Shown here: piece by piece, positions 38,791 through 47,781 of the stretch
Layout of the letters: each line of letters opens with the position of its first letter
Position numbering within the stretch: the stretch's first letter is position 1
DNA from: a bacterium
Lineage (GTDB): Bacteria; Myxococcota_A; UBA9160; SZUA-336
Direction of reading: 5' to 3'
DNA: 64,000 bases
Assembly (NCBI GenBank): GCA_041498295.1
Contig: JBGQIB010000001.1
Coordinates: 2,428-66,427 of the forward strand
Program-made: the position numbers and the translations under genes
Notes under the pieces: generated by a model
What the model saw: only the letters and a program-made list of their open reading frames with translations
What the model was told of the DNA's origin: nothing
Database searches by the model: none

Positions 38791-40245
38791 CTACTCACCG
38801 GCACCCGTCGCCGGAGCCTGTTCCGGCTTCGGAAGCACCTCGTACCAGCTCGTGCCCGCGTCGGTGGAGCGCAGCACGTTTCCGCCCTGCCCCACCATCC
38901 AGCACACGCTCGGCGTGCCGCAGGTCAGGTCGCGGAAGTAGCCGTGTTTCTCGGGCGGGAAGCGACCGTAGCCACCCTCGTCGCCCAGCTTCTGCCACGA
39001 CTTACCGCCGTCGAGACTCACGCGACGCAGGCCCTTCTCACCGACGGCGATCAACTTGGAGTCCGCGAACGCGGCGGCGAACAGCGCCTGCTTCGAACCC
39101 GTCTGGAGATACTCCCAGTTGCGACCGCCGTCCGTGCTGGTGAGTGCCACGCCGCCGAGGCCGGTGATCATCCCGTGATCGAGATCGCGGAACTTCACGT
39201 CGAACAGGAACGGTGTCTCGATGACCTCGATCTTCACGACCGGCTCGGCCTGGACCTTGGTCTGTGCGAACGCCTTCATGTCGACGCCCTCCTGATCCAG
39301 TGGCGTCGGGTGTTTGATCTTGATGCGGTCCTGGTTGATGCCTTCGTTCTCGAGAAACTTCTGGATCTCGTCGGCGCGCTCGTCTGTGAGGAACGTGTCC
39401 TTGCGCTGGTGCAGCTCGTCGGCGGTGAGATAGCCCTCGATCTCGACCTTCAGATAGGGGCGCTCCGCGAGCACCTCGGCCGCCTTGAAGATCTGGTCCC
39501 AGCGATCCTTGGGGACCTTCTTCTCGCTCTTCGGGAACGAGATGTCGTCGAAGTGCACGGTGCCCTTGATGCGACCGCGCTCCCAGGTCTGCCCGCCGTC
39601 CTCGGTGCGGAAGATGAAGCCGTACTCGCCGGCCATCCATCCGTGGTCCTTGTCGGCGAAGTAGACGTCGTTCAGGAAGATGTCGTCGTAGATCTTGTCG
39701 CCGCGCTCGAACGCCGCGAGCTCGTCCTCGGAGAGATACTTGAAGCTCGGGTGGTCGCGGCCGACGAGGAACGAGCGGTCCTCCCAGGTCTTGCCGCCAT
39801 CGGCCGTGTAGTAGCGACCGCCCCAGTCACCGACCGCCCACGCGGTGTTCGCGTCGACGGCGCGCACCGCGAACAAGTGCTGCGCGGGCTTGCGCGGGAT
39901 CGTCTGCTGCTCCCACGTGTCGCCGCTGTCGGTCGTGTGAATCACGAAGCCGCGGCGACCGACCGCCCAACCGTTCTTCTCGTCCGCGAACGAGATGTCA
40001 TAGATCGACTGGTCGGTGAGTCCGTTGAGCTTGCGCCAGTTCTTTCCGCCGTCGGCCGTGCGGTAGATCGCGCCGAAATAGCCCGCCGCCCAAAGGTGGT
40101 CGGCGCCGATGGCCGTGACTGCGTAGAGGTCGTCCGGGAGGTCGATCTGACCTTCCGCGAACTTCTCCTCGTACTTCTCCTGACTGCACGCGCTCGACAC
40201 GAACGCGACCGCGAGCAGCAAAATCAGGGCGCGCGTCGCGCGCAT
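38791..40245 (-). CDS. BNR/Asp-box repeat, Ycf48-like beta-propeller lipoprotein.
   Basis: Signal peptide MRATRALILLLAVAFVSSAC. Repeated SxDGGxTW motifs (TADGGKNW, TDSGDTWE, TADGGKTWE, TEDGGQTWE, STDGGRNWE, SLDGGKSWQ, STDAGTSW). Confidence 0.8.
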   Translation of the reverse strand: MRATRALILLLAVAFVSSACSQEKYEEKFAEGQIDLPDDLYAVTAIGADHLWAAGYFGAIYRTADGGKNWRKLNGLTDQSIYDISFADEKNGWAVGRRGFVIHTTDSGDTWEQQTIPRKPAQHLFAVRAVDANTAWAVGDWGGRYYTADGGKTWEDRSFLVGRDHPSFKYLSEDELAAFERGDKIYDDIFLNDVYFADKDHGWMAGEYGFIFRTEDGGQTWERGRIKGTVHFDDISFPKSEKKVPKDRWDQIFKAAEVLAERPYLKVEIEGYLTADELHQRKDTFLTDERADEIQKFLENEGINQDRIKIKHPTPLDQEGVDMKAFAQTKVQAEPVVKIEVIETPFLFDVKFRDLDHGMITGLGGVALTSTDGGRNWEYLQTGSKQALFAAAFADSKLIAVGEKGLRRVSLDGGKSWQKLGDEGGYGRFPPEKHGYFRDLTCGTPSVCWMVGQGGNVLRSTDAGTSWYEVLPKPEQAPATGAGE

Positions 40246-40509
40246 TCGTCCGAGCGTGCTCAATGCCCCTCCCCGTCGGGCCCCGAGCGCAACGCGCGCA
40301 GGTCCCTGAGCCGCAAATTTCCCGTCTCCCGGTTCAGTGCGTCGCGCAGAAAGCATGCCGCGGAGGTCCACGACCAGCGCCGACCGGTGGCCGGTTCTAC
40401 GACGAGCGCTGACCCAGTGTCAAGCTTCGGCGGAAATTCCGGCACCGATGTGCAGCAGACGCGCAATTCGGTGAGCCATTCGCAGCGACAGGTCGGGCCG
40501 GCAGATAGA

Positions 40510-41817
40510 ATGCGCGCGGTGTCTTACGGGAGAAGTCTCACGATTCGGCCGAAATCGGCCGGGCGAACGCTCGCGCGCACCGCGCTGCTCGTCGCGCTGC
40601 GCGACTTCGGCCCGCTCGGGGCGCGCCGGTCACGCGCCGAGCGCGACACCGCGGCGGGTCAACGGGTCGCCGAGGCGCTCGGGTCACTCCGCGGGCTCTA
40701 CACCAAACTGGGCCAGCATCTCGCCACGCGCGTCGACGCACTTTCGGATGAGTTTCGTGCGCCGCTCGACGCGCTGCACGAGGCGGCCCCACGGGTTCCC
40801 TTCTCGTTGATCCGGGCCGAGATCGAGCGCGGCCTCGGCTCGCTTCAGGGCTTCGCCTGGATCGACCCGGAGCCGCTCGGCACGGCCTCGATCGCCCAGG
40901 TGCACCGCGCGCGGCTGCGCAGCGGCGCGGAGGTAGCGGTCAAGGTGCGGCACCCGGAGCTGACGCCGGAGCGCGTCGCCCGCGATCTGCGAGCCCTGCA
41001 CCGCGCGCTGCCCCTCGTGCGGCCATGGCTCCGCCCGAGCGACGCGCGCGCGCTGCTCGACGAGGTCGGCCACGCGCTGCGGCGCGAGCTCGACTTCGAG
41101 CTCGAGGGCCGCACCGCTGAGCAGATCGCCGCGTACTTCGCAAGTGACTCACGCGTGCTAGTGCCGCGCGTACACTGGGAGGCGAGCGGGCGCAACGTGC
41201 TCACGCTCGACTACGTGCCGCGCGTGCGCCTGGACGACGCGGCGGCGCTCGCGGCGCGCAATGTGTCACCCGAGGCGTGTCTGGCGATCGTCGTGGACGC
41301 GTACGGTCGCCAGGTCTTCGGCGACGGACTGTTTCACGCGGACCCACACATCGGTAATTTGTATCTCGTCGACGCTCCCGAGCCGCCGCCGCGCGTCTTG
41401 TTTCTCGACTTCGGCCTCGCCGAGCGACTCGGCCCCGAGGTTCGCGAAGAGCTGCGTCTCGGATTGCAATCACTGCTCAAGCGCGACGTCGACGCGCTGC
41501 TCGCGGGCCTCGTCCGGCTCGGCGCGGTGCTGCCCGGACGCGAGGTCGAAGCCCGCGCGGCGCTCGAAGCCGCGCTCGCCGCCGGCGCCGCGGGCGCGCT
41601 CGGCGCGAACGTCGCCGCAATCCAGTCACTGAAACAACTCGGCAAGCGACTCGTGCGCGACAGCCGCGCCTTTCGCATCCCGCGCGAGCTCCTGCTCTGG
41701 GCGCGCACGCTGGCCTACGTCTACAACCTCGCCGAGCGCATCGCCCCTGGAGCCGACCCGATGCGGCTCTTCCTGCCTCACCTCCTCCGGTTCGTGACTG
41801 GGTCCCGGCGCGGCTGA
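40510..41817 (+). CDS. UbiB/ABC1 (AarF-domain) atypical kinase.
   Basis: ABC1 kinase-like motifs (ASIAQVHRARL, VAVKVRHP, HADPHIGN, DFG). Only the C-terminal 435 codons of the 957-aa track ORF are genic. Confidence 0.85.
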   Translation: MRAVSYGRSLTIRPKSAGRTLARTALLVALRDFGPLGARRSRAERDTAAGQRVAEALGSLRGLYTKLGQHLATRVDALSDEFRAPLDALHEAAPRVPFSLIRAEIERGLGSLQGFAWIDPEPLGTASIAQVHRARLRSGAEVAVKVRHPELTPERVARDLRALHRALPLVRPWLRPSDARALLDEVGHALRRELDFELEGRTAEQIAAYFASDSRVLVPRVHWEASGRNVLTLDYVPRVRLDDAAALAARNVSPEACLAIVVDAYGRQVFGDGLFHADPHIGNLYLVDAPEPPPRVLFLDFGLAERLGPEVREELRLGLQSLLKRDVDALLAGLVRLGAVLPGREVEARAALEAALAAGAAGALGANVAAIQSLKQLGKRLVRDSRAFRIPRELLLWARTLAYVYNLAERIAPGADPMRLFLPHLLRFVTGSRRG

Positions 41818-41880
41818 GCCGCGCTACCCAGCCTTCGCTCGGCTTCGCCTCGCTGCGCGCGCCGCGCCCGCCGCTTGCCT
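41818..41880 (+). repeat. Stop-codon-abutting repeat family, partial copy (3' box CGCTCGGCTTCGCCTCGCTGCGCGCGCC) immediately after the ubiB-like stop.
   Basis: Matches the 3' half of the copies at 57389-57470 and, inverted, the 5' box of the other copies. Confidence 0.5.
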
Positions 41881-41939
41881 CTAGCCTCACCTCCTCCGGT
41901 TCGTGACTACGGACGCTGCGTCGATGCCCCGCAAGGCGA

Positions 41940-42024
41940 GCGCGGAGCGCGAAGGCGCGCAGTGAGCCGCAGGCGAACGAAGAGCGGGTGGGCGGGCTTC
42001 GCCCGCCCGGGTCCCGCTAAGGGC
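41940..42024 (-). repeat. Stop-codon-abutting repeat, full copy at the argG stop (CTTAGCGGG... on the transcribed strand) with hairpin GGGCGGGC-TTC-GCCCGCCC.
   Basis: Conserved boxes GCGCAGTGAGCCGCAGGCGAACGAAGAGCGGGTGG and CCCGCTAAG. The TAG of CTAAG is the argG stop codon. Confidence 0.6.
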
Positions 42025-43210
42025 GGAGCTTGAGGCGGAGTGCGTTCAGCTTGATGAAGCCCGTGGCGTCGCGCTGGTCGTAGCTGCCACCGGCCTCGAA
42101 CGTCGCGATGTCCTCGCGGTACAGCGAGTGCGGCGAGCGGCGGCCGCGCACCATGACGGCGCCCTTGAACAGGCGCATGCGCACCTCGCCGCTCACGTGC
42201 TCCTGACTCTTGTCGATCGCCGCGCGCAGAAATTCCATCTCGGGCGAGAACCAGAAGCCGGCATAGATGAGTTGCGCGATGCGGGGAATCAGTCGGTCGC
42301 GCTCGAGCATGACTTCGCGGTCGAGCGTGATCGACTCGAGCGCGCGGTGCGCGCCGTGCAGCACGGTTCCACCCGGTGTCTCGTAGACGCCGCGCGACTT
42401 CATGCCCACGGCGCGATCCTCGACGAGATCCACGCGACCGACGCCGTGCTCCGCCGCGAGCTCGTTCAAGCGAGTCAGTAACTCGACCGGTCCGAGCGGC
42501 CGCCCGTCGACCTTCACCGGCACCCCGCGCTCGAACTCGATCTGGAGCTCGCTCGGCTGGTCCGGCGCGTCGGCGACGGCGTTCGTCCACTCGAACATCT
42601 CCTCGTCGGGCGCGCGCCACGGATCCTCGAGAATCCCGCCCTCGTAACTGATGTGGTAGATGTTCCGATCCAGCGAGTAAGGCTTGCGCAGGGTCGCGTC
42701 GACGGGAATGTCGTGCTTGCGCGCGTAGGCCATGAGCTCGGTGCGGCCGCCCATGTCCCAGGTGCGCCAGGGCGCGATGATCTGGAGATCCGGCGCGAGC
42801 GCGTGGAAGGCGAGCTCGAAGCGCATCTGGTCGTTGCCCTTGCCCGTGCAGCCGTGCGCGACCGCGTCCGCGCCGACTTGGCGCGCGATCCGCACCTGCT
42901 CCTTCGCGAGCACCGGCCGCGCGAGAGACGTGCCGAGCAGATAGCTGCCCTCGTAGACCGCGTTCGCGCTGATCGCCGGGAACACGAAGTCGCGCACGAA
43001 CTCCTCGCGCAGGTCCGAGATCACACAGTCGACGGCGCCGGTCGCGAGCGCCTTCTTGTGCACGGCGTCGAGGTCCTCGCCCTGCCCCACGTTGCCGACG
43101 TAGCAAACCACTTCCGCCGCGTACGTCTCGATCAGCCAGCGCAGGATCACCGAAGTGTCGAGCCCGCCGCTGTACGCCAACACGATCCGCTTGATGTCGC
43201 CCTTGCTCAT
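42017..43210 (-). CDS. argG: Argininosuccinate synthase.
   Basis: MSKGDIKRIVLAYSGGLDTS..., typical ArgG throughout. Upstream ORF extension lies within a repeat element and is rejected. Confidence 0.95.
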   Translation of the reverse strand: MSKGDIKRIVLAYSGGLDTSVILRWLIETYAAEVVCYVGNVGQGEDLDAVHKKALATGAVDCVISDLREEFVRDFVFPAISANAVYEGSYLLGTSLARPVLAKEQVRIARQVGADAVAHGCTGKGNDQMRFELAFHALAPDLQIIAPWRTWDMGGRTELMAYARKHDIPVDATLRKPYSLDRNIYHISYEGGILEDPWRAPDEEMFEWTNAVADAPDQPSELQIEFERGVPVKVDGRPLGPVELLTRLNELAAEHGVGRVDLVEDRAVGMKSRGVYETPGGTVLHGAHRALESITLDREVMLERDRLIPRIAQLIYAGFWFSPEMEFLRAAIDKSQEHVSGEVRMRLFKGAVMVRGRRSPHSLYREDIATFEAGGSYDQRDATGFIKLNALRLKLRP

Positions 43211-43254
43211 GAACGGCATCATAGCGAGCACGCCGTTCCGAGGTAGGGAGCAAG

Positions 43255-43372
43255 CCGCGGGCGCGCGGCGCGCAGCGAGCCGCAGGCGAGCGAAGAGCGG
43301 GTGGCGCGGCTTAGCCCGACACCGGCGCGCGGGCCGGTGTCCCGCGGGAGCGGGCCCCGCTAAGTCACTCGA
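43255..43372 (-). repeat. Stop-codon-abutting repeat, full copy starting at the TGA of the DUF4388 gene. Hairpin GACACCGGC-N-GCCGGTGTC.
   Basis: GCGCAGCGAGCCGCAGGCGAGCGAAGAGCGGGTGG...CCCCGCTAAG-TCA(stop). Confidence 0.6.
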
Positions 43373-44114
43373 CGACTCCCTCGCGGACGAGCTTGGCAAT
43401 GATCTCGAGCGTGCGGACGCGGTCGGCGGTGGAGACGGAGAGGAGGTCGGCGATCGACATGCGGCCGTCGATCTGGGAGAGCATGAAGCCTTCGTCCGGC
43501 TGCAGGCGCAGCTTCATGACCTGCTGAGTCGTGACCTTCAGGCGCAGCACGTGGCCCTGGTCGCCGAGCTCCTTGGCCCACGCCTGCGCTCGCTCGGTGC
43601 GCACGAGCTGCAGGTAGCCCTGCACGTCGAGGCGGTCGGGCTCGTCCTTCGCGAGCTTTCGCAGCTCCGTGAAGGCGTCGTCGTAGCGCCCTTCCTTGTA
43701 CGCCTGGAGCGCGGACTGAATCTGCGTGTCCGGGTCGTCGTCCGCGTCGAACTCGATCACCGGGCCGCTCTTCGGTGTGTCGTCCTCGTCGGTGACCGGG
43801 CGCGCGCCCCTACCGGCGGGCTTCGCGGACGCGGCCTTCGGCGCGGGCTTCGGGACAGAGCCCTTCGGCGTCGAGCTCTTGGCGGGCGCGCTCGGCGGCT
43901 TCGCGGCCTTCGGCGGCGCGCCCTTCTTCTTGCTCGCGTTCCCGCCCTGCTCCTCGTAAGCGGTCTCGAGATAGTCGTGCACGGCCTGGTTCTCGGGGTC
44001 GAGCGCGCGCGCCTGCTCCCAGCACGAGATGGCGGCCTCGAGGTCGCCCAACCCGTAGTGATTCAGGCCGCGCTTGAGCAGCCGAGTGACTTCAGCGTGT
44101 CTCGCGTCGTCCAC
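43365..44114 (-). CDS. TPR-like N-terminus plus DUF4388-like C-terminal domain protein with a Lys/Pro/Ala-rich linker.
   Basis: C-terminal GHVLRLKVTTQQVMKLRLQPDEGFMLSQIDGRMSIADLL resembles the DUF4388 (PatA-N-like) domain common in Myxococcota. Directly downstream of the Hsp70 gene (4-nt gap). Confidence 0.55.
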   Translation of the reverse strand: MDDARHAEVTRLLKRGLNHYGLGDLEAAISCWEQARALDPENQAVHDYLETAYEEQGGNASKKKGAPPKAAKPPSAPAKSSTPKGSVPKPAPKAASAKPAGRGARPVTDEDDTPKSGPVIEFDADDDPDTQIQSALQAYKEGRYDDAFTELRKLAKDEPDRLDVQGYLQLVRTERAQAWAKELGDQGHVLRLKVTTQQVMKLRLQPDEGFMLSQIDGRMSIADLLSVSTADRVRTLEIIAKLVREGVVE

Positions 44115-44117
44115 GAC

Positions 44118-45695
44118 TCAGCCTTTGACGGCGACCTCGTCGCCCTGCTGGTACATATTCGCGAGGCGCTCGATTTCTTCCGGCGTCAGCGTGCCGCGCG
44201 GATTCACCTGGATCGAATGAGCGCGGCCGGTCGCGAGATCGCGCGCCGAGACCGACACGATGCCGTTCGCATCGATGTCGAACGTGACCTCGATCTCCGG
44301 CTGGCCCTTCGGTCCGGGCGGAATGCCGGCGAGCACGAATTCGCCGAGCAGATCGTTGTCGTCCGCGCGCTCGCTCTCGCCCTGCAGCACGCGGATCTTC
44401 ACCGCGGTCTGATTGTCACGCGTGGTGGTGAAGATCTCCTGGCGCGATGTCGGCACCGTGGTGTTGCGCTCGATGAGCTTCGCGAAGTGACCGCCGAAGG
44501 TCGCGATGCCGAGCGACAGCGGAGTCACATCGACGAGGAGCGGGCCCTCCTTCTCCTCGCTGAGCATCGCCGCCTGGATCGCGGCGCCGACCGCGACGAC
44601 TTCGTCGGGATTCACGCCCTTGTGCGGGGTCTTCCCGAAGAACGACGCGACCGTCTTCTGCACCATCGGCATGCGTGTTTGACCGCCGACCAGCAGCACC
44701 TGGTCGATCTGCTTCACGGTGAGCTTCGCGTCGTCGAGAGCGCGCTGCACGATCGGCTGAGTGCGGAGGACGAGCTCGCCGACGAGCTCCTCGAGTTTCT
44801 CGCGCGTGAGCAGCACGCTCATGTGCAGCGCGTTCTCTTCCGCGTCCGCCGCGATGAACGGCAGATTGATCTCGGTCGAGCCGAGCTGCGAGAGATCGCA
44901 CTTCGCCTTTTCCGAGGCATCCTTCAGCCGCTGCAGCGCCATCGTGTCGCCGCGCAGCGAGAGCTTTTCCTTCTCCTGGAAGGTCGCGAGCAGGTGATCG
45001 ACGATCTTGCGGTCGAAGTCCTCGCCGCCGAGCTGTGTGTCGCCGGAGGTCGCGAGCACCTCGATCACGCCCTTGCCCATTTGCAGGATCGAGATGTCGA
45101 ACGTGCCGCCGCCGAGGTCGTAGACCGCGATGATCTCGGTCTTGTCACGGCCGAAGCCGTAGGCGAGCGCCGCCGCCGTCGGCTCGTTGATGATGCGCAA
45201 GAGCTCGAGGCCCGCGATGCGCCCGGCGTCGCGCGTCGTCTGGCGCTGCGCGTCGTTGAAGTAGGCGGGCACTGTGATGACGGCCTGCTGCACGGTGTCT
45301 CCGAGATACTCCTCGGCGACGCGCTTCATCTCGCGCAGCACGATGCCCGAGATCTCGGGGATCGTGTACACGCGCCCCGCGACGCGCACGCGCACGTCGT
45401 TGTTCGGGCCCTGGACCAGCTCGTACGGCAGCAGCTCCTTGAACTTGGAGACGTCCTGCGAATCGAAGCTGCGTCCGATCAAGCGCTTCGCCGCATAGAC
45501 CGTGTTCTTCGCGTTCGTGACGGCCTGGCGCTTGGCGAGGTGACCCACCAGGCGCTTGCCCTCCTCCGTGACGGCGAAGATCGACGGCGTCGTCTTGTAC
45601 CCGCCCGTGTTGGGAATCACGACGGGCTGGCCATCCTCGAGGATGGCCACGCAGGAGTTCGTGGTTCCCAGATCGATTCCGATTACTCGACTCAT
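44118..45695 (-). CDS. Hsp70-family chaperone lacking the C-terminal helical lid (525 aa, HscC-like).
   Basis: [25 protein letters not shown] motifs. Substrate-binding beta domain present. Ends ~110 aa short of canonical DnaK. Confidence 0.9.
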   Translation of the reverse strand: MSRVIGIDLGTTNSCVAILEDGQPVVIPNTGGYKTTPSIFAVTEEGKRLVGHLAKRQAVTNAKNTVYAAKRLIGRSFDSQDVSKFKELLPYELVQGPNNDVRVRVAGRVYTIPEISGIVLREMKRVAEEYLGDTVQQAVITVPAYFNDAQRQTTRDAGRIAGLELLRIINEPTAAALAYGFGRDKTEIIAVYDLGGGTFDISILQMGKGVIEVLATSGDTQLGGEDFDRKIVDHLLATFQEKEKLSLRGDTMALQRLKDASEKAKCDLSQLGSTEINLPFIAADAEENALHMSVLLTREKLEELVGELVLRTQPIVQRALDDAKLTVKQIDQVLLVGGQTRMPMVQKTVASFFGKTPHKGVNPDEVVAVGAAIQAAMLSEEKEGPLLVDVTPLSLGIATFGGHFAKLIERNTTVPTSRQEIFTTTRDNQTAVKIRVLQGESERADDNDLLGEFVLAGIPPGPKGQPEIEVTFDIDANGIVSVSARDLATGRAHSIQVNPRGTLTPEEIERLANMYQQGDEVAVKG

Positions 45696-45716
45696 TTCGT
45701 TCCCTTCGCGGCGCAG

Positions 45717-45732
45717 GACACTCTAGAGTGTC
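45717..45732. promoter_or_regulatory. Perfect 16-bp palindrome GACACTCTAGAGTGTC overlapping the J-protein stop codon, 25 nt upstream of the Hsp70 start.
   Basis: Seen directly. The self-complementary sequence spans the TAG stop. Confidence 0.4.
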
Positions 45733-46760
45733 TGGAGCGCCTGGCGGATCTCCTTGTCCATCGGATCGAGCTCCCACGCGCGCTGCAGGTGCTTGCGCGC
45801 CTTTTGTGAGTCGCCGGCCTTGCGGTAGACTTCGCCGGCGAGCTTACGGAACGGAATGCTCTCTTCGTCCAGCGCGACGGCGCGCTCCGCGTAGAGCGCC
45901 GCCTTCTCGAGACCGCCCTCGAGCCCGGCGAGTAACTCGGCGAGCTTTTGCGCGAGCTCCGCGTCGGTCGGAGAGAGCTGCGCGGCCTCCTCGAGCAGCT
46001 CGGCGGCGCCCGCGCGGTCGCCGGAGAGCAGCATCTCGGCCTTGCGGCGCACCGCGGCCGCGCGTTCCGCGTTCGCGCGCGGGAGGATCTCGGCGAGCTC
46101 GTCGTGGTAGCGCTTTTCGCGCGGGTCGAACGCGAGCGCGAGCTCGACGAGCTGCGCGGCTCGCGCCCAGTCACCGTTCTGTTTCTGCAGCATCGCGGCG
46201 TCGAATTGCTTGCTCGCGCGCGCGCGGCTCTGTTCGAGCTGGCGCTGCAGCGAGATGAGCATCAGGCCGGGTGACTTGAGACCGAGTCGGCCGCGCAGCG
46301 ACGCACCGCGGCCGGAGGTGGGCGCGCGTGACAAGGGCACGGCAGGCGGCGGGATCGTGACCGGACGTGACTCGGTGGTCGTCGGCGAGAGCGAGCGATC
46401 GTACGCGCCGCGCAGCTTCGGATCGCGGAGCACGTCGTGCGCGGCGACGATGCGCTTGTACACCTCGTTCAACAGGTCCGCGTACGGACCGAGCTCCTTC
46501 TTGAAGTAGCGATCGGGGTGGTAGGTCTTCGAGCGCTGGAAGAAGGCGTCGCGAATGTCGGCGGACTCGGCTTCGCGCGGGACGCCGAGCACGTCGTAGT
46601 ACGTGAGCGTGGCGAGTGAGCGCGCGAACTCGCGGACATCGCGCTGAAACGCTTCGGGCAAATCCACGCGAGCGCCCGCGTTCGCTGCCTCGTTCGAGGC
46701 CGCTTCGCCGTCGGTGCTCGAACTCATCCCGCCTCCACGCCGATGCGCAATTCGCCCCAC
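45723..46760 (-). CDS. J-domain (DnaJ-like) co-chaperone with C-terminal TPR repeats.
   Basis: YYDVLGVPREAESADIRDAFFQRSKTYHPDR (HPD motif). TPR-like helices in the C-terminal 200 aa. Start may be the internal ATG (MSSSTDG). Confidence 0.8.
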   Translation of the reverse strand: MGRIAHRRGGGMSSSTDGEAASNEAANAGARVDLPEAFQRDVREFARSLATLTYYDVLGVPREAESADIRDAFFQRSKTYHPDRYFKKELGPYADLLNEVYKRIVAAHDVLRDPKLRGAYDRSLSPTTTESRPVTIPPPAVPLSRAPTSGRGASLRGRLGLKSPGLMLISLQRQLEQSRARASKQFDAAMLQKQNGDWARAAQLVELALAFDPREKRYHDELAEILPRANAERAAAVRRKAEMLLSGDRAGAAELLEEAAQLSPTDAELAQKLAELLAGLEGGLEKAALYAERAVALDEESIPFRKLAGEVYRKAGDSQKARKHLQRAWELDPMDKEIRQALQTL

Positions 46761-46836
46761 AAGCTATCGGGGGGCCTCGGCGGGAAATTGAGGCGCGCGG
46801 ACGCGAAGCGGCGCGGCTGTCGCGCGTGTCGCGCGG

Positions 46837-47781
46837 CTAGCGAGCGATCAAAAGCTCGAGGATCGCCTTCTGCGCGTGCAGGCGATTTTCAGCTTGATCG
46901 AACACGATCGCGCGCGCGGATTCGAACACGTCCGCGGTGATCTCTTCGCCGCGGTGCGCGGGCAGGCAGTGCAGGATGCGCGCCCCGGGCGCGAGCGCGA
47001 CGAGCTCCGCGTTCAGCTGATACGGGCGAAAGATGCGCCGCCGCGCCTCGGCTTCGCTCTCCTGTCCCATGCTGGCCCACACGTCCGTGTAGAGGAAGGC
47101 GGCGCCCTTCACCGCCTCGCGCGGATCGGCGACGAAGCGGATCTGCGCGCCCGTCTGCGCCGCGCGCTCGAGCGCCGTGCGCACGAGCGCTGGGTCGGGC
47201 GCGTAGCCCGGCGGGGTGCTCACCACGAGCGACATGCCGAGGCACGCGGCGAGATTGATCAGCGAGTGACACATGTTGTTGCCGTCGCCGATGTAGCTGA
47301 CTTGGTCTCGGCGCAGGTCACCGTGCTCGAGGATCGTGAGCGCGTCCGCCATGGCCTGACACGGGTGCAGCCAGTCGGTGAGCGCGTTGATCACCGGTAC
47401 ACTCGCGTGTGTCGCCAGGGTCTGTACGACGTCGTGGCCATACGTGCGCGCGACGATCCCGTGGCACCAGCGCGAGAGGTTGCGGGCGACGTCCTCGGGC
47501 GGTTCGCGCTCGCCGATCTGCACCTGCCCGGGCGGGAGATACACCGGAAACCCGCCCAGCTCGACGACGCCTACTTCGAAGGTCACGAACGTGCGCAGAC
47601 TCGGCTTCGCGAAGTAGAGCAGAATCGAGCAGCCGTCGAGCGAGCGCACCGGCACGCGCCGGCGGCGCAGGTCCTTCAGCTCGAGCGCGCGCGCGAGAAT
47701 CTCCTCGATCGCGTCGCGGGGCCACTCCGCGATCGACAGGAAGTCCTTGGGGACGCGGCGCTCAGGCCTTTGAGCGGACAA
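46837..47781 (-). CDS. argF: Ornithine carbamoyltransferase (start possibly the GTG at ~47754 to avoid a 20-nt overlap with argB).
   Basis: SLRTF carbamoyl-phosphate motif, HPCQ, HCLPA motifs. Confidence 0.85.
   Translation of the reverse strand: MSAQRPERRVPKDFLSIAEWPRDAIEEILARALELKDLRRRRVPVRSLDGCSILLYFAKPSLRTFVTFEVGVVELGGFPVYLPPGQVQIGEREPPEDVARNLSRWCHGIVARTYGHDVVQTLATHASVPVINALTDWLHPCQAMADALTILEHGDLRRDQVSYIGDGNNMCHSLINLAACLGMSLVVSTPPGYAPDPALVRTALERAAQTGAQIRFVADPREAVKGAAFLYTDVWASMGQESEAEARRRIFRPYQLNAELVALAPGARILHCLPAHRGEEITADVFESARAIVFDQAENRLHAQKAILELLIAR

Noticed and set aside
38944-40509. First 522 codons of the 957-aa plus-strand ORF.
   Set aside because: This part is antisense to the BNR/Ycf48-like gene. 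Only the C-terminal part, from the ATG at 40510, matches UbiB/ABC1 kinases.
43155-45809. 884-aa plus-strand ORF.
   Set aside because: It is antisense to the Hsp70 and argG region. The Hsp70 motifs are unambiguous on the minus strand.
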